Of a DNA stretch of 64,000 nucleotides, positions 62,430-64,000 are shown in pieces. Within the stretch, counting starts at the first letter, position 1; each line of letters opens with the position of its first letter. Position numbers and translations under genes: made by a program. The notes below the pieces were generated by a model. The model was not told where the DNA came from and searched no databases. It saw only the letters and a list, made by a program, of their open reading frames with translations. This DNA comes from Gaiellales bacterium. GTDB lineage: Bacteria > Actinomycetota > Thermoleophilia > Gaiellales > JAICJC01. Location of the stretch: NCBI GenBank assembly GCA_038212095.1, contig JBBQUW010000007.1, forward strand, positions 49,945-113,944. Reading direction: 5' to 3'.

Positions 62430-63944
62430 CTACGCCGCGGCTCGGATGCGGCTCGTCAGCCAGCCGGCGATCGCTTCTCGGGCCGGCTCCAGCACCGCGT
62501 TGCCCGCGGCGGTCGCATCGCGCGCGGCTCCGGCATCGGCGCCGTGCAGGCGCACGAACCCACCGGCGGCCGCGTGCAGGGCCGCCTCCAGGCCCGCTCG
62601 AAGCGGCTGCACCACGATCGTGATGTCGGCGCCGGCGTCCAGATCTGCCCCGCTTGTGGCCGCGGCTGCGAGAACCCGCTCGGTGAGCTGGTCGCCGGCT
62701 CCGTGCAGGCGGCGATCAGCGATCAGGTAGAGGCAGGCGCTGTCGCCGGGCATCGTGGTCTGCGACCAGGCCAGCAGCAGATCGCCGAGGCGGTCCGAAC
62801 CCGACCAGGCCGGCATCGCCAGCAGCTTGGCGGCCGCATCACCCTCCAGCGGAAAGGGGGCCGCCGGCGCGTCCAACGCTCGCGGCGGCCGCGCCGCGAG
62901 CAGCTCAATGCGCGCGCGGTACATGGCCGCCACCGCATCCCACGAAAGGAGCTCGGCCGCCGCCCGCCCAGCCTGGCCGCGCTTTCGGCGATCAACGCGA
63001 TCGCGGTCGGCTTCCAGCATCAGATCGCGCAGGGCTGCCAGGTCGGGCTCGAGCATGAACGCAGCGCCGGCCGTCTGCCACTGGTCGACCTGGTTCCCCG
63101 GTATCGGACGCAGTGCGCTTGGGATTCGCCAGCCGGCGCCGGCGGGGACAAACTCATCGGTCGGTCCGCCCTCGGTGGCGATCACCGGCAGGCCACTGGC
63201 CATCGCCTCCAGTGCCGGCATGCAGAAGCCCTCGCCACGATACGGCAGCACCATCACGTCGCATGCCCGGTACAGCGCGGCCATCTGCTCGTCGCTCAGG
63301 TCGTGATCGATGTGCACGATCCGCGGCAGCAGTCCGTCGCGCTGGTACTGCTCCAGCCGGCCGAGGTCGGCGTCGGCGTAGATCTCACCGGCGCCCGAGC
63401 TCTTGATCACGAGGCAGACGTCGTCGCGGCCCTGGAAGGCGTCCAGGTAGGCGGCCACCAGCAGCTCCGGCGCCTTGCGCTCGATCAGGCCGCCCACGAA
63501 CAGGAACCGCGTGCCCTCCGGCGCGTCCAGCGGGAAGCGCTCCCCTTCGGGCCGGAACAGGTCGAGGTCGACGCCGTTGGGCACCACCGCCACCCGGTCC
63601 GGGTCGATGCCGCCGGCGACGTACATCCGCTTCACGTACTCGCTCGGCACCCATAGCTCGTCGACGTTGCGGCGGATTGGGTCGATCCACTCCGCCGGCA
63701 CGGCACCGAACTCCCACGGCTGGATCACCGCCAGCCGGGCGGTCGAGGGGCCGAAGTCATACGGCCACTGGTGGCGCACCTCGATCTCGGTGGGATGCTG
63801 TGGCACTCGATCGAGGCCGTCGCCCGAGCGCAGGACCCGCTGCAGCGCGATGCCCGGCTCACCGGCCAGCCGACGGCACACCTCGCGGTTGATCCCAGCC
63901 AGGCTGGTCTTCCGCAGCTGGTCGCCGTGCCAGGACACGGTCAC
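62430..63944 (-). CDS. GT4-family (GT-B) glycosyltransferase with a ~150-aa uncharacterised C-terminal extension
   Basis: FLFVGGLIERKAPELL and EGFCMPALEAMASGLPVIAT (the E-x7-E region). The start lies near the window edge, so a longer N-terminus cannot be excluded. Confidence 0.8.
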   Translation of the reverse strand: MTVSWHGDQLRKTSLAGINREVCRRLAGEPGIALQRVLRSGDGLDRVPQHPTEIEVRHQWPYDFGPSTARLAVIQPWEFGAVPAEWIDPIRRNVDELWVPSEYVKRMYVAGGIDPDRVAVVPNGVDLDLFRPEGERFPLDAPEGTRFLFVGGLIERKAPELLVAAYLDAFQGRDDVCLVIKSSGAGEIYADADLGRLEQYQRDGLLPRIVHIDHDLSDEQMAALYRACDVMVLPYRGEGFCMPALEAMASGLPVIATEGGPTDEFVPAGAGWRIPSALRPIPGNQVDQWQTAGAAFMLEPDLAALRDLMLEADRDRVDRRKRGQAGRAAAELLSWDAVAAMYRARIELLAARPPRALDAPAAPFPLEGDAAAKLLAMPAWSGSDRLGDLLLAWSQTTMPGDSACLYLIADRRLHGAGDQLTERVLAAAATSGADLDAGADITIVVQPLRAGLEAALHAAAGGFVRLHGADAGAARDATAAGNAVLEPAREAIAGWLTSRIRAAA

Positions 63945-64000
63945 CGGCTGGCGATCGGGCCGATCGCGCGAGGGTCGCTCGCCGTTGTAGTAGCGCTCCA

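Overview
This is a very GC-rich, densely coding chromosomal segment. Gene content and order look Actinomycetota-like, which is an inference only. About 65 protein-coding genes are supportable. I recognised no rRNA, tRNA, CRISPR array, transposase or integrase.

Layout, left to right:
- 1-4.7 kb: an HDAC-family deacetylase, an ALDH plus acetolactate-synthase-like TPP enzyme pair, and a universal stress protein.
- 4.8-7.9 kb: a small accessory-looking patch. It holds a Trp-rich secreted protein, an Flp-type pilin, a GNAT gene flanked by a 126-bp pilin-derived repeat, and a dodecin-methyltransferase pair.
- 7.9-11.1 kb: a 2-hydroxyacid dehydrogenase, RidA, a coiled-coil protein, an FHA protein and DUF192.
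- 11.1-23.8 kb: a LacI-controlled divergent locus. It combines an FrlB-like SIS protein, an FrlD-like PfkB kinase, a class-III aminotransferase and an M20 amidohydrolase with a Dpp-type ABC importer that has two paralogous binding proteins.
- 23.8-26.0 kb: a decayed Tad/Flp pilus locus, with a 5-prime-truncated cpaF, a frameshifted tadB, tadC and an flp-like gene.
- 26.1-29.8 kb: a seven-PAS GGDEF diguanylate cyclase split by a 1-nt frameshift.
- 29.9-34.8 kb: a 30-aa membrane micro-ORF, an ALDH, and an NrtR-pncB-(pncA::nadE fusion) NAD salvage operon.
- 34.8-37.3 kb: a principal-like sigma-70 factor and an NlpC/P60 hydrolase.
- 37.5-52.9 kb: a complete, tightly coupled dcw cluster (mraZ to ftsZ), with four phased MraZ boxes upstream.
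- 53.0-57.3 kb: gcvT-gcvH-gcvPA-gcvPB.
- 57.3-64.0 kb: HAD hydrolase, a Cys-rich protein coupled to an L,D-transpeptidase, arfB, nfo, gltX, a small membrane protein with 14 consecutive GxxxG units, and a GT4 glycosyltransferase.

Most of the window is ordinary housekeeping. The items most worth follow-up are the glycated-amine-like catabolic locus with its operator, the Tad/Flp decay scars, the PncA-NadE fusion and the GxxxG-repeat protein. All calls rest on reading the translations and sequence by eye. No database search was run.
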